A DNA stretch of 64,000 nucleotides, taken from NCBI GenBank assembly GCA_964658305.1, contig OZ210885.1:1-64000 (forward strand), in the 5' to 3' direction. The notes under the pieces are model-generated. The model saw nothing but the letters and a program-made list of their open reading frames with translations. It made no database searches and was not told the origin of the DNA. Position 1 is the first letter of the stretch. Each line of letters opens with the position of its first letter. This DNA comes from Leptogorgia sarmentosa (taxonomy: Eukaryota). The position numbers and the translations under genes are program-made. Shown in pieces: positions 47,200 through 59,100 of this stretch.

Positions 47200-50100
47200 G
47201 GTTAGGCTGGAAAAGGATGGGGTTAGGCTGGAAAGGTTGCGGTTAGGCTGGAAAAGGCTGGGGTTAGGCTGGAAAGGTGGCGGTTAGGCTGGAAAGTTTG
47301 CGGTTAGGCTGGAAAAGGCTGGGGTTAGGCTGGAAAAGGCTGGGGTTAGGCTGGAAAGGTTGCGGTTAGGCTGGAAAAGGGTGGGGTTAGGCTGGAAAGG
47401 TTGCGGTTAGGCTGGAAAGGTTGCGGTTAGGCTGGAAAGGGCTGGGATTAGGCTGGAAAGGTTGCGGTTAGGCTGGGGTTAGGCTGGAAAGGTTGCGGTT
47501 AGGAAAGAAAAGGCTGGGGTTAGGCTGGAAAAGGCTGGGGTTAGGCTGAAAAGGCTGGGGTTAGGCCGGAAAAGGCTGAGGTTAGGCTGAAAAGGCTGGG
47601 GTTAGGCCGGAAAAAGCTGGGGTTAGGCTGGAAAGGTTGCGGTTAGGCTGGAAAAAGCTGGTGTTAGGCTGGAAAAGGCTGGGGTTAGGCTGAAAAGGCT
47701 GGGGTTAGGCTGGAAAAGGCTGCGGTTAGGCTGGAAAAGGTTGCGGTTTCGCTGGAAAAGGCTGGGGTTAGGCTGCAAAGGTTGCGGTTTCGCTGGAAAA
47801 GGCTGGGGTTAGGCTGCAAAGGTTGCGGTTAGGCAGGAAAAGGTTGGGGTTAGGCTGGAAATGTTGCGGTTAGGCTGGGGTTAGGCTGGAAAGGTTGCGG
47901 TTGGGCAGGAAAAGGCTGGGGTTAGGCATGCGCGGACGTCAAAATTTATTTTCATCGTTTTTTTTCAACATCCCAACATTGTAGAAGGGTTAAAAAGCAA
48001 GAATAGTCAAGGAAGAACAAAAAAACAACAAAAGGATTCGTCAAGTGCCCTACCATCCGCACAGAACGAGTCTGGTAGATCGCCAGTAGGGACTTACTAA
48101 GGCAACCGGAACGCATCGGGGATGCCCGCTATGTCTTGACTGGTAACAAGCTATGGCTTTGACATTCAGGACACTCAGAGAGCAGGGAGATGCAGATCGG
48201 CCCCTAGACCATATGTGATAAGCACCTTGTCCTTTGGCGAAAGGCAATGTCGTAGCATGATAACCAATAAGCTATATTCCGGATTTGTATTTAACTACGT
48301 TGCACTCTTGTGGCGTGGTTGTTGTGGGACTCGTTTGGTGAATTTCATTGCGCATGCGCGTGCGTCAAAATTTGTTTTCTTCGTTTTTTCTTCGTTTTTT
48401 CAACATCCCAGACATTGTGAAAGTGTTAAAAGTAAGAATTGTCAAGGAAGAAACGGAAAAAAAAGTTTTGAGTGAAAAAAACCGAAACTAATTTCGTCAA
48501 GCGCATTGCGCATGCGCGTACGTCAAAATTTATTTTCATCGTTTTTTCTTCGTTTTTTTCAGAATCCCAGACATTGTGAAAGTATTAAAAAGCAACAATA
48601 GTCAAGGAAGAAACAAAAAAAATATTTTTGAGTGAAAAAACCGAGAATAATTTCGTCAAGGTCCGTAGTCTCCATTGCGCATGCGCGGACGTCAAAATTT
48701 ATTTTCATCGTTTTTTTCAACATCCCAACATTGTAGAAGGGTTAAAAAGCAAGAATAGTCAAGGAAGAAGAAAAAAAACAAAAGGATTCGTCAAGTGCCC
48801 TACCATCCGCACAAAGCGAGTCTGGTAGGAAAAGGCTGGCTGGAAGGGCTTGGGGCTAGGCTGGAAAAGGTTGGAGTTAGGCTGGAAAAGGTTGGAGTTA
48901 GGCTGGCAAAGGTTGGGGTTAGGCTGGAAAAGGTTGGGGTTAGGCTGAAAAGGCTGGGGTTAGGCTGTAAAAGGCTGGGGTTACGCTGGAAAGGTTGCGG
49001 TTAGGCAGGAAAAGGCTGGGGTTAGGCTGGAAAGGTTGCGGTTAGGCTTGGGTTAGGCTGGAAAAGGATGGGGTTAGGCTGGAAAGGTTGCGGTTAGGCT
49101 GGAAAAGGCTGGGGTTAGCGTGGAAAGGTTGCGGTTAGGCTGGAAAGGTTGCGGTTAGGCTGGAAAAGGCTGGGGTTAGGCCGGAAAAGTTGCGGTTAGG
49201 CAGGAAAAGTGTGGGGTTAGGCTGGAAAAGTTGCGGTTAGGCTGGAAAAGTTTGGGGTTAAACTGGAAAAGGTTGGGGTTAGGCTGGAAAAGGTTGCGGT
49301 TAGGCTGGAAAAGTTGCGGTTAGGCTGGAAAAGTTGCGGTTAGGCTAGAAAAGGTGGGGGTTAGGCTGGAAAAGGTTGGGGTTAGGCTGGAAAAGCTTGG
49401 GGTTAGGCTGGAAAAGGTTGGGGTTAGGCTAGAAAAGTTGGGGTTAGGCTAGAAAAGGTTGGGGTTAGGCTGGAAAAGGTTGCGGTTAGGCTGGAAAAGG
49501 TTGGGGTTAGGCTGGAAAAGGTAGCGGTTAAGCTGGAAAAGGTTGGGGTTAGGGTTAGGGAAATGAGAGAGTGATGAAGGAAGATGTATAAAACACTCAC
49601 CACTTTCAACCGTCTGTCCATGAGAAAATGCACAGGTTCACGCTGCTCTTGCACAAATTCATTTTCTTCTTCATCAACTTCATCACTGGATGATTGAGCA
49701 TACCCAGGCCTAGCAAAGAGCAGGCTTGATTAGCATTTCAACTCACAAGGACCATCATATAAAGAAGGGCACAATTTAAAAAGGTAAAATAATGGTGTCA
49801 GGATGTTTGTAGTAACTTTGACGTACGTGAAAATTTATTTTCATCGTTTTTTGTTCGTTTTTTTCAGCATCCGAGACATTGTGAAAGTATTAAAAAGCAA
49901 GAATAGTCAAGGAAGAAACAAAAAAAATTTTTTGAGTGAAAAAACCGAGAATAATTTCGTGAAGGCCCTACAGTCTCCATTGCGCATGCGCGGACGTCAA
50001 AATTTATTTTCATCGTTTTTTTCAACATCCCAACATTGTAAAAGGGTTAAAAAGCAAGAATAGTCAAGGAAGAAGAAAAAAAAACAAAAGGATTCGTCAA

Positions 50101-53100
50101 GTGCCCTACCATCCGCACAGAGCGAGTCTGGTAGATCGCCAGTAGGGACTTACTAAGGCAACCGGAACGCATCGGGGATGCCCGCTATATCTTGACTGGT
50201 ACAAGCTATGACTTTGACATTCAGGACACTCAGAGAGCAGGGAGATGCAGATCGGCCCCTAGACCATATGTGATAAGCACCTTGTCCTTTAGCGAAAGGC
50301 GATGTCGTAGTACTTGAACCAATAAGCTATATTCCGGATTTGTATTTAACTACGTTACACTCTTGTGGCGTGGTTGTTGTGGGACTCGTTTTGTGAATTT
50401 CATTGCCCATGCGCTTACGTCAAAATTTGTTTTCTTCGTTTTTTCTTCGTTTTTTTCAACATCCCAGACATTGTGAAAGTGTTAAAAGTAAGAATTGTCA
50501 AGGAAGAAACGGAAAAAAAGTTTTGAGTGAAAAAAGCCGAAAATAATTTCGTCAAGCGCATTGCGCATGCGCGTACGTCAAAATTTATTTTCATCGTTTT
50601 TTCTTCGTTTTTTTCAGCATCCCAGACATTGTGAAAGTATTAAAAAGCAAGAATAGTCAAGGAAGAAACAAACAAAAAAATTTTGAGTGAAAAAACCGAG
50701 AATAATTTCGTCTGGACAAGGCTGGAAAAGGTTGGGTTGGGCTGAAAAAGGTTGGGGTTAGGCTGGAAAAGGGTGGGGCTAGGCTGGAAAACGTTGCGGT
50801 TAGGCTGGAAAAGTTGCGGTTAGACTGGAAAAGGTTGGGCTTAGGCTGGAAAAGGTTGGGGTTAGGGTTAGGGAAATGAGAGAGTGATGAAGGAAGATGT
50901 TTAAAACACTCACCTCTTTGAACCGTCTGTCCATGAGAAAATGCACAGGTTCACGCTGCTCTTGCACAAATTCATTTTCTTCTTCATCAACTTCATCACT
51001 GGATGATTGAGCATACCCAGGCCTAGCAAAGAGCAGGCTTGATTAGCATTTCAACTTAAAAGGACCATCATATAAAGAAGGGCACAATTTAAAAAGGTAA
51101 AGTAATGGTGTCAGGATATTTGTAGTAACTTTGACGTACGTGAAAATTTATTTTCATCGTTTTTTGTTCGTTTTTTTCAGCATCCCAGACATTGTGAAAG
51201 TATTAAAAAGCAAGAATAGTCAAGGAAGAAACAAACAAAAAATTTTTGAGTGAAAAAACCGAGAATAATTTCGTCTGGACAAGGCTAGAAAAGGTTGGGA
51301 TTGGGCGGAAAAAGGTTGGGGTTAGGCTGGAAAAGGGTGGGGCTAGGCTGGATAAGGTTGCGGTTAGGCTGGAAAAGTTGCGGTTATGCTGGAAAAGTTG
51401 CGGTTAGGCTGGAAAATGTTGGGGTAAGGCTGGAAAAGGTTGGGGTTAGGCTGGAAAAGGTTGGGGTTAGGCTGGCAAAGGTTGCGGTTAGGCTTGAAAA
51501 GGTTGCGGTTAGGCTGGAAAAGGTTGGGGTTAAACTGGAAAAGTTTGGGGTTAAACTGGAAAAGGTTGGGGTTGGGCTGGAAAAGGGTGGGCCTAGGCTG
51601 GAAAGGGTGGGCCTAGGCTGGAAAAGGCTGCGGTTAGGCTGGAAAAGTTGCGGTTAGGCTGGAAAAGGTTGGGGTTAGGCTGGAAAAGGGTGGGGTTAGG
51701 CTGGAAAAGGTTGCGGTTAGGCTGGAAAAGGTTGGGGTTAGGCTGGAAAAGGGTGGGACTAGGCTGGAAAGGTTGCGGTTAGGCTGGAAAAGTGTGGGGT
51801 TAGGCTGAAAATGTCGCGCTTAGGCTGGAAAAGTTGCGGTTAGGCTGAAAAGGTGGGGGTTAGGCTGGAAAAGGTTGGGGTTAGGCTGGAAAAGTTTGGG
51901 GTTAGGCTGGAAAAGGTTGGGGTTAGGCTGGAAAAGGTTGCGGTTAGGCTGGAAAAGGTTGCGGTTAGGCTGGAAAAGGTTGCGGTTAAACTGGAAAAGG
52001 TTGGGGTTAGGCTGGAAAAGGTTGGGGTTAGGCTGGAAAAGGGTGGGGCTAGGCTGGAAAAGGTTGCGGTTAGGCTGGAAAAGTTGCGGTTAGGCTGGAA
52101 AAGTTGCGGTTAGGCTGGAAATGGTGGGGGTTAGGCTGGAAAATGTTGGGGTTAGGCTGGAAAAGGTTGGGGTTAGGCTGGAAAAGGTTGGGGTTAGGCT
52201 CGAATAGGTTCGGGTTAGGCTGGAAAAGTTGGGGTTAGGCTGGAAAAGGTTGGGGTTAGGCTGGAAAAGGTTTCGGTTAGGCTGGAAAAGGTTGGGGTTA
52301 GGCTGGAAAAGGTTGCGGTTAGGCTGGAAAACGTTGGGGTTAGGCTGGAAAAGGTGGGGGTTAGGCTGGAAAAGGTTGGGCTTAGGCTGGAAAAGGTTGG
52401 GGTTAAACTGGAAAAGGTTGGAGTTAGGCTGGAAAAGGTTGGGGTTATGCTGGAAAAGGTTGGGGTTAGGCTGGAAAAGTTGCGGTTAGGCTGGAAAAGG
52501 TTGGGGTTAGGCTGGAAAAGGTTGGGGTTAGGCTGGAAAAGGTTGGGGTTAGGCTGGAAAAGGTTGGGGTTAGGCTGGAAAAGGTTGGGGTTAGGCTGGA
52601 AAAGGTTGCGGTTAGGTTCGAATAGGTTGGGGTTAGGCTGGAAAAGTTGGGGTTAGGCTGGAAAAGGTTGGGGTTAAGCTGGAAAAGGTTTCGGTTAGGC
52701 TGGAAAAGGTTGGGGTTAGGCTGGAAAAGGTTGCGGTTAGGCTGGAAAAGGTTGGGGTTAGGCTGGAAAAGGTTGGGGTTAGGCTGGAAAAGGTTGGGCT
52801 TAGGCTGGAAAAGGTTGGGGTTAGGCTGGAAAAGGTTGGGGTTAGGCTGGAAAAGGTGGGGCTAGGCTGGAAAAGGTTGCGGTTAGGCTGGAAAAGTTGC
52901 GGTTAGGCTGGAAAAGTTGCGGTTAGGCTGGAAATGGTGGGGGTTAGGCTGGAAAATGTTGGGGTTAGGCTGGAAAAGGTTGGGGTTAGGCTGGAAAAGG
53001 TTGGGGTTAGGCTCGAATGGGTTCGGGTTAGGCTGGAAAAGTTGGGGTTAGGCTGGAAAAGGTTGGGGTTAGGCTGGAAAAGGTTTCGGTTAGGCTGGAA

Positions 53101-56100
53101 AAGGTTGGGGTTAGGCTGGAAAAGGTTGCGGTTAGGCTGGAAAACGTTGGGGTTAGGCTGGAAAAGGTGGGGGTTAGGCTGGAAAAGGTTGGGCTTAGGC
53201 TGGAAAAGGTTGGGGTTAAACTGGAAAAGGTTGGAGTTAGGCTGGAAAAGGTTGGGGTTATGCTGGAAAAGGTTGGGGTTAGGCTGGAAAAGTTGCGGTT
53301 AGGCTGGAAAAGGTTGGGGTTAGGCTGGAAAAGGTTGGGGTTAGGCTGAAAAAGGTTGGGGTTAGGCTGGAAAAGGTTGGGGTTAGGCTGAAAAAGGTTG
53401 GGGTTAGGCTGGAAAAGGTTGCGGTTAGGCTCGAATAGGTTGGGGTTAGGCTGGAAAAGTTGGGGTTAGGCTGGAAAAGGTTGGGGTTAGGCTGGAAAAG
53501 GTTTCGGTTAGGCTGGAAAAGGTTGGGGTTAGGCTGGAAAAGGTTGCGGTTAGGCTGGAAAAGGTTGGGGTTAGGCTGGAAAAGGTTGGGGTTAGGCTGG
53601 AAAAGGTTGGGCTTAGGCTGGAAAAGGTTGGGGTTAAACTAGAAAAGGTTTGAGTTAGGCTGGAAAACGTTGGGATTAGGCTGGAAAAGGTTGGGGTTAG
53701 GCTGGAAAAGGTTGGGGTTAGGCTGGAAAAGGTTGGGGTTAGGCTGGAAAAGGTTGGGGTTAGGCTGGAAAAGGTTGCGGTTAGGCTGGAAAAGGTTGGG
53801 CTTAGGCTGGAAAAGGTTGGGGTTAAACTTTAAATTTTACTTTTTAAATTACGTCAAAATTTGTTTTCTTCGTTTTTTCTTCGTTTTTTTCAACATCCCA
53901 GACATTGTGAAAGTGTTAAAAGTAAGAATTGTCAAGGAAGAAACGGAAAAAAAGTTTTGAGTGAAAAAAGCCGAAAATAATTTCGTCAAGCGCATTGCGC
54001 ATGCGCGTACGTCAAAATTTATTTTCATCGTTTTTTCTTCGTTTTTTTCAGCATCCCAGACATTGTGAAAGTATTAAAAAGCAAGAATAGTCAAGGAAGA
54101 AAGAAACAAAAAAATTTTGAGTGAAAAAACCGAGAATAATTTCGTCTGGACAAGGCTGGAAAAGGTTGGGTTGGGCTGAAAAAGGTTGGGGTTAGGCTGG
54201 AAAAGGGTGGGGCTAGGCTGGAAAACGTTGCGGTTAGGCTGGAAAAGTTGCGGTTAAACTGGAAAAGTCGCGGTTAGGCTGGAAAAGGGTGGGGCTAGGC
54301 TGGAAAAGGTGGGGGTTAGGCTGGAAAAGTTGCGGTTAGGCTGGAAAAGTTGCGGTTAGGCTGGAAAAGGTTGGGGTTAGGCTGGAAAAGGTTGGGGTTA
54401 GGCTGGAAAAGGTTGGGGTTAGGCTGGAAAAGGTTGCGGTTAGGCTGGAAAAGGTTGGGGTTAGGCTGGAAAAGGTTGGTGTTAGGCTGGAAAAGGTTGG
54501 GCTTAGGCTGGAAAAGGTTGGGGTTAGGGTTAGGGAAATGAGAGAGTGATGAAGGAAGATGTTTAAAACACTCACCTCTTTGAACCGTCTGTCCATGAGA
54601 AAATGCACAGGTTCACGCTGCTCTTGCACAAATTCATTTTCTTCTTCATCAACTTCATCACTGGATGATTGAGCATACCCAGGCCTAGCAAAGAGCAGGC
54701 TTGATTAGCATTTCAACTTACAAGGACCATCATATAAAGAAGGGCACAATTTAAAAAGGTAAAGTAATGGTGTCAGGATATTTGTAGTAACTTTGACGTA
54801 CGTGAAAATTTATTTTCATCGTTTTTTGTTCGTTTTTTTCAGCATCCCAGACATTGTGAAAGTATTAAAAAGCAAGAATAGTCAAGGAAGAAACAAACAA
54901 AAAATTTTTGAGTGAAAAAACCGAGAATAATTTCGTCTGGACAAGGCTAGAAAAGGTTGGGATTGGGCTCAAAAAGGTTGGGGTTAGGCTGGAAAAGGGT
55001 GGGGCGAGGCTGGAAAACGTTGCGGTTAGGCTGGAAAAGTTGCGGTTAGACTGGAAAAGTCGCGGTTAGGCTGGAAAAGGGTGGGGCTAGGCTGGAAAAG
55101 GTGGGGGTTAGGCTGGAAAAGTTGCGGTTAGGCTGGAAAAGGGTGGGGCTAGGCTGGAAAAGGTGGGGGTTAGGCTGGAAAAGTTGCGGTTAGGCTGGAA
55201 AAGGTTGGGGTTAGGCTGGAAAAGGTTGGGGTTAGGCTGGAAAAGGTTGGGCTTAGGCTGGAAAAGGTTGGGGTTAGGGTTAGGGAAATGAGAGAGTGAT
55301 GAAGGAAGATGTTTAAAACACTCACCTCTTTGAACCGTCTGTCCATGAGAAAATGCACAGGTTCACGCTGCTCTTGCACAAATTCATTTTCTTCTTGATC
55401 AACTTCATCACTGGATGATTGAGCATACCCAGGCCTAGCAAAGAGCAGGCTTGATTAGCATTTCAACTTACAAGGACCATCATATAAAGAAGGGCACAAT
55501 TTAAAAAGGTAAAGTAATGGTGTCAGGATATTTGTAGTAACTTTGACGTACGTGAAAATTTATTTTCATCGTTTTTTGTTCGTTTTTTTCAGCATCCCAG
55601 ACATTGTGAAAGTATTAAAAAGCAAGAATAGTCAAGGAAGAAACAAACAAAAAATTTTTGAGTGAAAAAACCGAGAATAATTTCGTCTGGACAAGGCTAG
55701 AAAAGGTTGGGATTGGGCTCAAAAAGGTTGGGGTTAGGCTGGAAAAGGGTGGGGCGAGGCTGGAAAACGTTGCGGTTAGGCTGGAAAAGTTGCGGTTAGA
55801 CTGGAAAAGTCGCGGTTAGGCTGGAAAAGGGTGGGGCTAGGCTGGAAAAGGTGGGGGTTGGGCTGGAAAAGTTGCGGTTAGGCTGGAAAAGTTGCGGTTA
55901 GGCTGGAAAAGGATGGGGTTAGGCTGGAAAGGTTGCGGTTAGGCTGGAAAAGGCTGGGGTTAGGCTGGAAAGGTGGCGGTTAGGCTGGAAAGTTTGCGGT
56001 TAGGCTGGAAAAGGCTGGGGTTAGGCTGGAAAAGGCTGGGGTTAGGCTGGAAAGGTTGCGGTTAGGCTGGAAAAGGGTGGGGTTAGGCTGGAAAGGTTGC

Positions 56101-59100
56101 GGTTAGGCTGGAAAGGTTGCGGTTAGGCTGGAAAGGGCTGGGATTAGGCTGGAAAGGTTGCGGTTAGGCTGGGGTTAGGCTGGAAAGGTTGCGGTTAGGA
56201 AGGAAAAGGCTGGGGTTAGGCTGGAAAAGGCTGGGGTTAGGCTGAAAAGGCTGGGGTTAGGCCGGAAAAGGCTGAGGTTAGGCTGAAAAGGCTGGGGTTA
56301 GGCCAGAAAAAGCTGGGGTTAGGCTGGAAAGGTTGCGGTTAGGCTGGAAAAAGCTGGTGTTAGGCTGGAAAAGGCTGGGGTTAGGCTGAAAAGGCTGGGG
56401 TTAGGCTGGAAAAGGCTGCGGTTAGGCTGGAAAAGGTTGCGGTTTCGCTGGAAAAGGCTGGGGTTAGGCTGCAAAGGTTGCGGTTTCGCTGGAAAAGGCT
56501 GGGGTTAGGCTGCAAAGGTTGCGGTTAGGCAGGAAAAGGTTGGGGTTAGGCTGGAAATGTTGCGGTTAGGCTGGGGTTAGGCTGGAAAGGTTGCGGTTGG
56601 GCAGGAAAAGGCTGGGGTTAGGCATGCGCGGACGTCAAAATTTATTTTCATCGTTTTTTTTCAACATCCCAACATTGTAGAAGGGTTAAAAAGCAAGAAT
56701 AGTCAAGGAAGAACAAAAAAACAACAAAAGGATTCGTCAAGTGCCCTACCATCCGCACAGAACGAGTCTGGTAGATCGCCAGTAGGGACTTACTAAGGCA
56801 ACCGGAACGCATCGGGGATGCCCGCTATGTCTTGACTGGTAACAAGCTATGGCTTTGACATTCAGGACACTCAGAGAGCAGGGAGATGCAGATCGGCCCC
56901 TAGACCATATGTGATAAGCACCTTGTCCTTTGGCGAAAGGCAATGTCGTAGCATGATAACCAATAAGCTATATTCCGGATTTGTATTTAACTACGTTGCA
57001 CTCTTGTGGCGTGGTTGTTGTGGGACTCGTTTGGTGAATTTCATTGCGCATGCGCGTGCGTCAAAATTTGTTTTCTTCGTTTTTTCTTCGTTTTTTCAAC
57101 ATCCCAGACATTGTGAAAGTGTTAAAAGTAAGAATTGTCAAGGAAGAAACGGAAAAAAAAGTTTTGAGTGAAAAAAACCGAAACTAATTTCGTCAAGCGC
57201 ATTGCGCATGCGCGTACGTCAAAATTTATTTTCATCGTTTTTTCTTCGTTTTTTTCAGAATCCCAGACATTGTGAAAGTATTAAAAAGCAACAATAGTCA
57301 AGGAAGAAACAAAAAAAATATTTTTGAGTGAAAAAACCGAGAATAATTTCGTCAAGGTCCGTAGTCTCCATTGCGCATGCGCGGACGTCAAAATTTATTT
57401 TCATCGTTTTTTTCAACATCCCAACATTGTAGAAGGGTTAAAAAGCAAGAATAGTCAAGGAAGAAGAAAAAAAACAAAAGGATTCGTCAAGTGCCCTACC
57501 ATCCGCACAAAGCGAGTCTGGTAGGAAAAGGCTGGCTGGAAGGGCTTGGGGCTAGGCTGGAAAAGGTTGGAGTTAGGCTGGAAAAGGTTGGAGTTAGGCT
57601 GGCAAAGGTTGGGGTTAGGCTGGAAAAGGTTGGGGTTAGGCTGAAAAGGCTGGGGTTAGGCTGTAAAAGGCTGGGGTTACGCTGGAAAGGTTGCGGTTAG
57701 GCAGGAAAAGGCTGGGGTTAGGCTGGAAAGGTTGCGGTTAGGCTTGGGTTAGGCTGGAAAAGGATGGGGTTAGGCTGGAAAGGTTGCGGTTAGGCTGGAA
57801 AAGGCTGGGGTTAGCGTGGAAAGGTTGCGGTTAGGCTGGAAAGGTTGCGGTTAGGCTGGAAAAGGCTGGGGTTAGGCCGGAAAAGTTGCGGTTAGGCAGG
57901 AAAAGTGTGGGGTTAGGCTGGAAAAGTTGCGGTTAGGCTGGAAAAGTTTGGGGTTAAACTGGAAAAGGTTGGGGTTAGGCTGGAAAAGGTTGCGGTTAGG
58001 CTGGAAAAGTTGCGGTTAGGCTGGAAAAGTTGCGGTTAGGCTAGAAAAGGTGGGGGTTAGGCTGGAAAAGGTTGGGGTTAGGCTGGAAAAGCTTGGGGTT
58101 AGGCTGGAAAAGGTTGGGGTTAGGCTAGAAAAGTTGGGGTTAGGCTAGAAAAGGTTGGGGTTAGGCTGGAAAAGGTTGCGGTTAGGCTGGAAAAGGTTGG
58201 GGTTAGGCTGGAAAAGGTAGCGGTTAAGCTGGAAAAGGTTGGGGTTAGGGTTAGGGAAATGAGAGAGTGATGAAGGAAGATGTATAAAACACTCACCACT
58301 TTCAACCGTCTGTCCATGAGAAAATGCACAGGTTCACGCTGCTCTTGCACAAATTCATTTTCTTCTTCATCAACTTCATCACTGGATGATTGAGCATACC
58401 CAGGCCTAGCAAAGAGCAGGCTTGATTAGCATTTCAACTCACAAGGACCATCATATAAAGAAGGGCACAATTTAAAAAGGTAAAATAATGGTGTCAGGAT
58501 GTTTGTAGTAACTTTGACGTACGTGAAAATTTATTTTCATCGTTTTTTGTTCGTTTTTTTCAGCATCCGAGACATTGTGAAAGTATTAAAAAGCAAGAAT
58601 AATCAAGGAAGAAACAAAAAAAATTTTTTGAGTGAAAAAACCGAGAATAATTTCGTGAAGGCCCTACAGTCTCCATTGCGCATGCGCGGACGTCAAAATT
58701 TATTTTCATCGTTTTTTTCAACATCCCAACATTGTAAAAGGGTTAAAAAGCAAGAATAGTCAAGGAAGAAGAAAAAAAAACAAAAGGATTCGTCAAGTGC
58801 CCTACCATCCGCACAGAGCGAGTCTGGTAGATCGCCAGTAGGGACTTACTAAGGGAACCGGAACGCATCGGGGATGCCCGCTATATCTTGACTGGTACAA
58901 GCTATGACTTTGACATTCAGGACACTCAGAGAGCAGGGAGATGCAGATCGGCCCCTAGACCATATGTGATAAGCACCTTGTCCTTTAGCGAAAGGCGATG
59001 TCGTAGTACTTGAACCAATAAGCTATATTCCGGATTTGTATTTAACTACGTTACACTCTTGTGGCGTGGTTGTTGTGGGACTCGTTTTGTGAATTTCATT

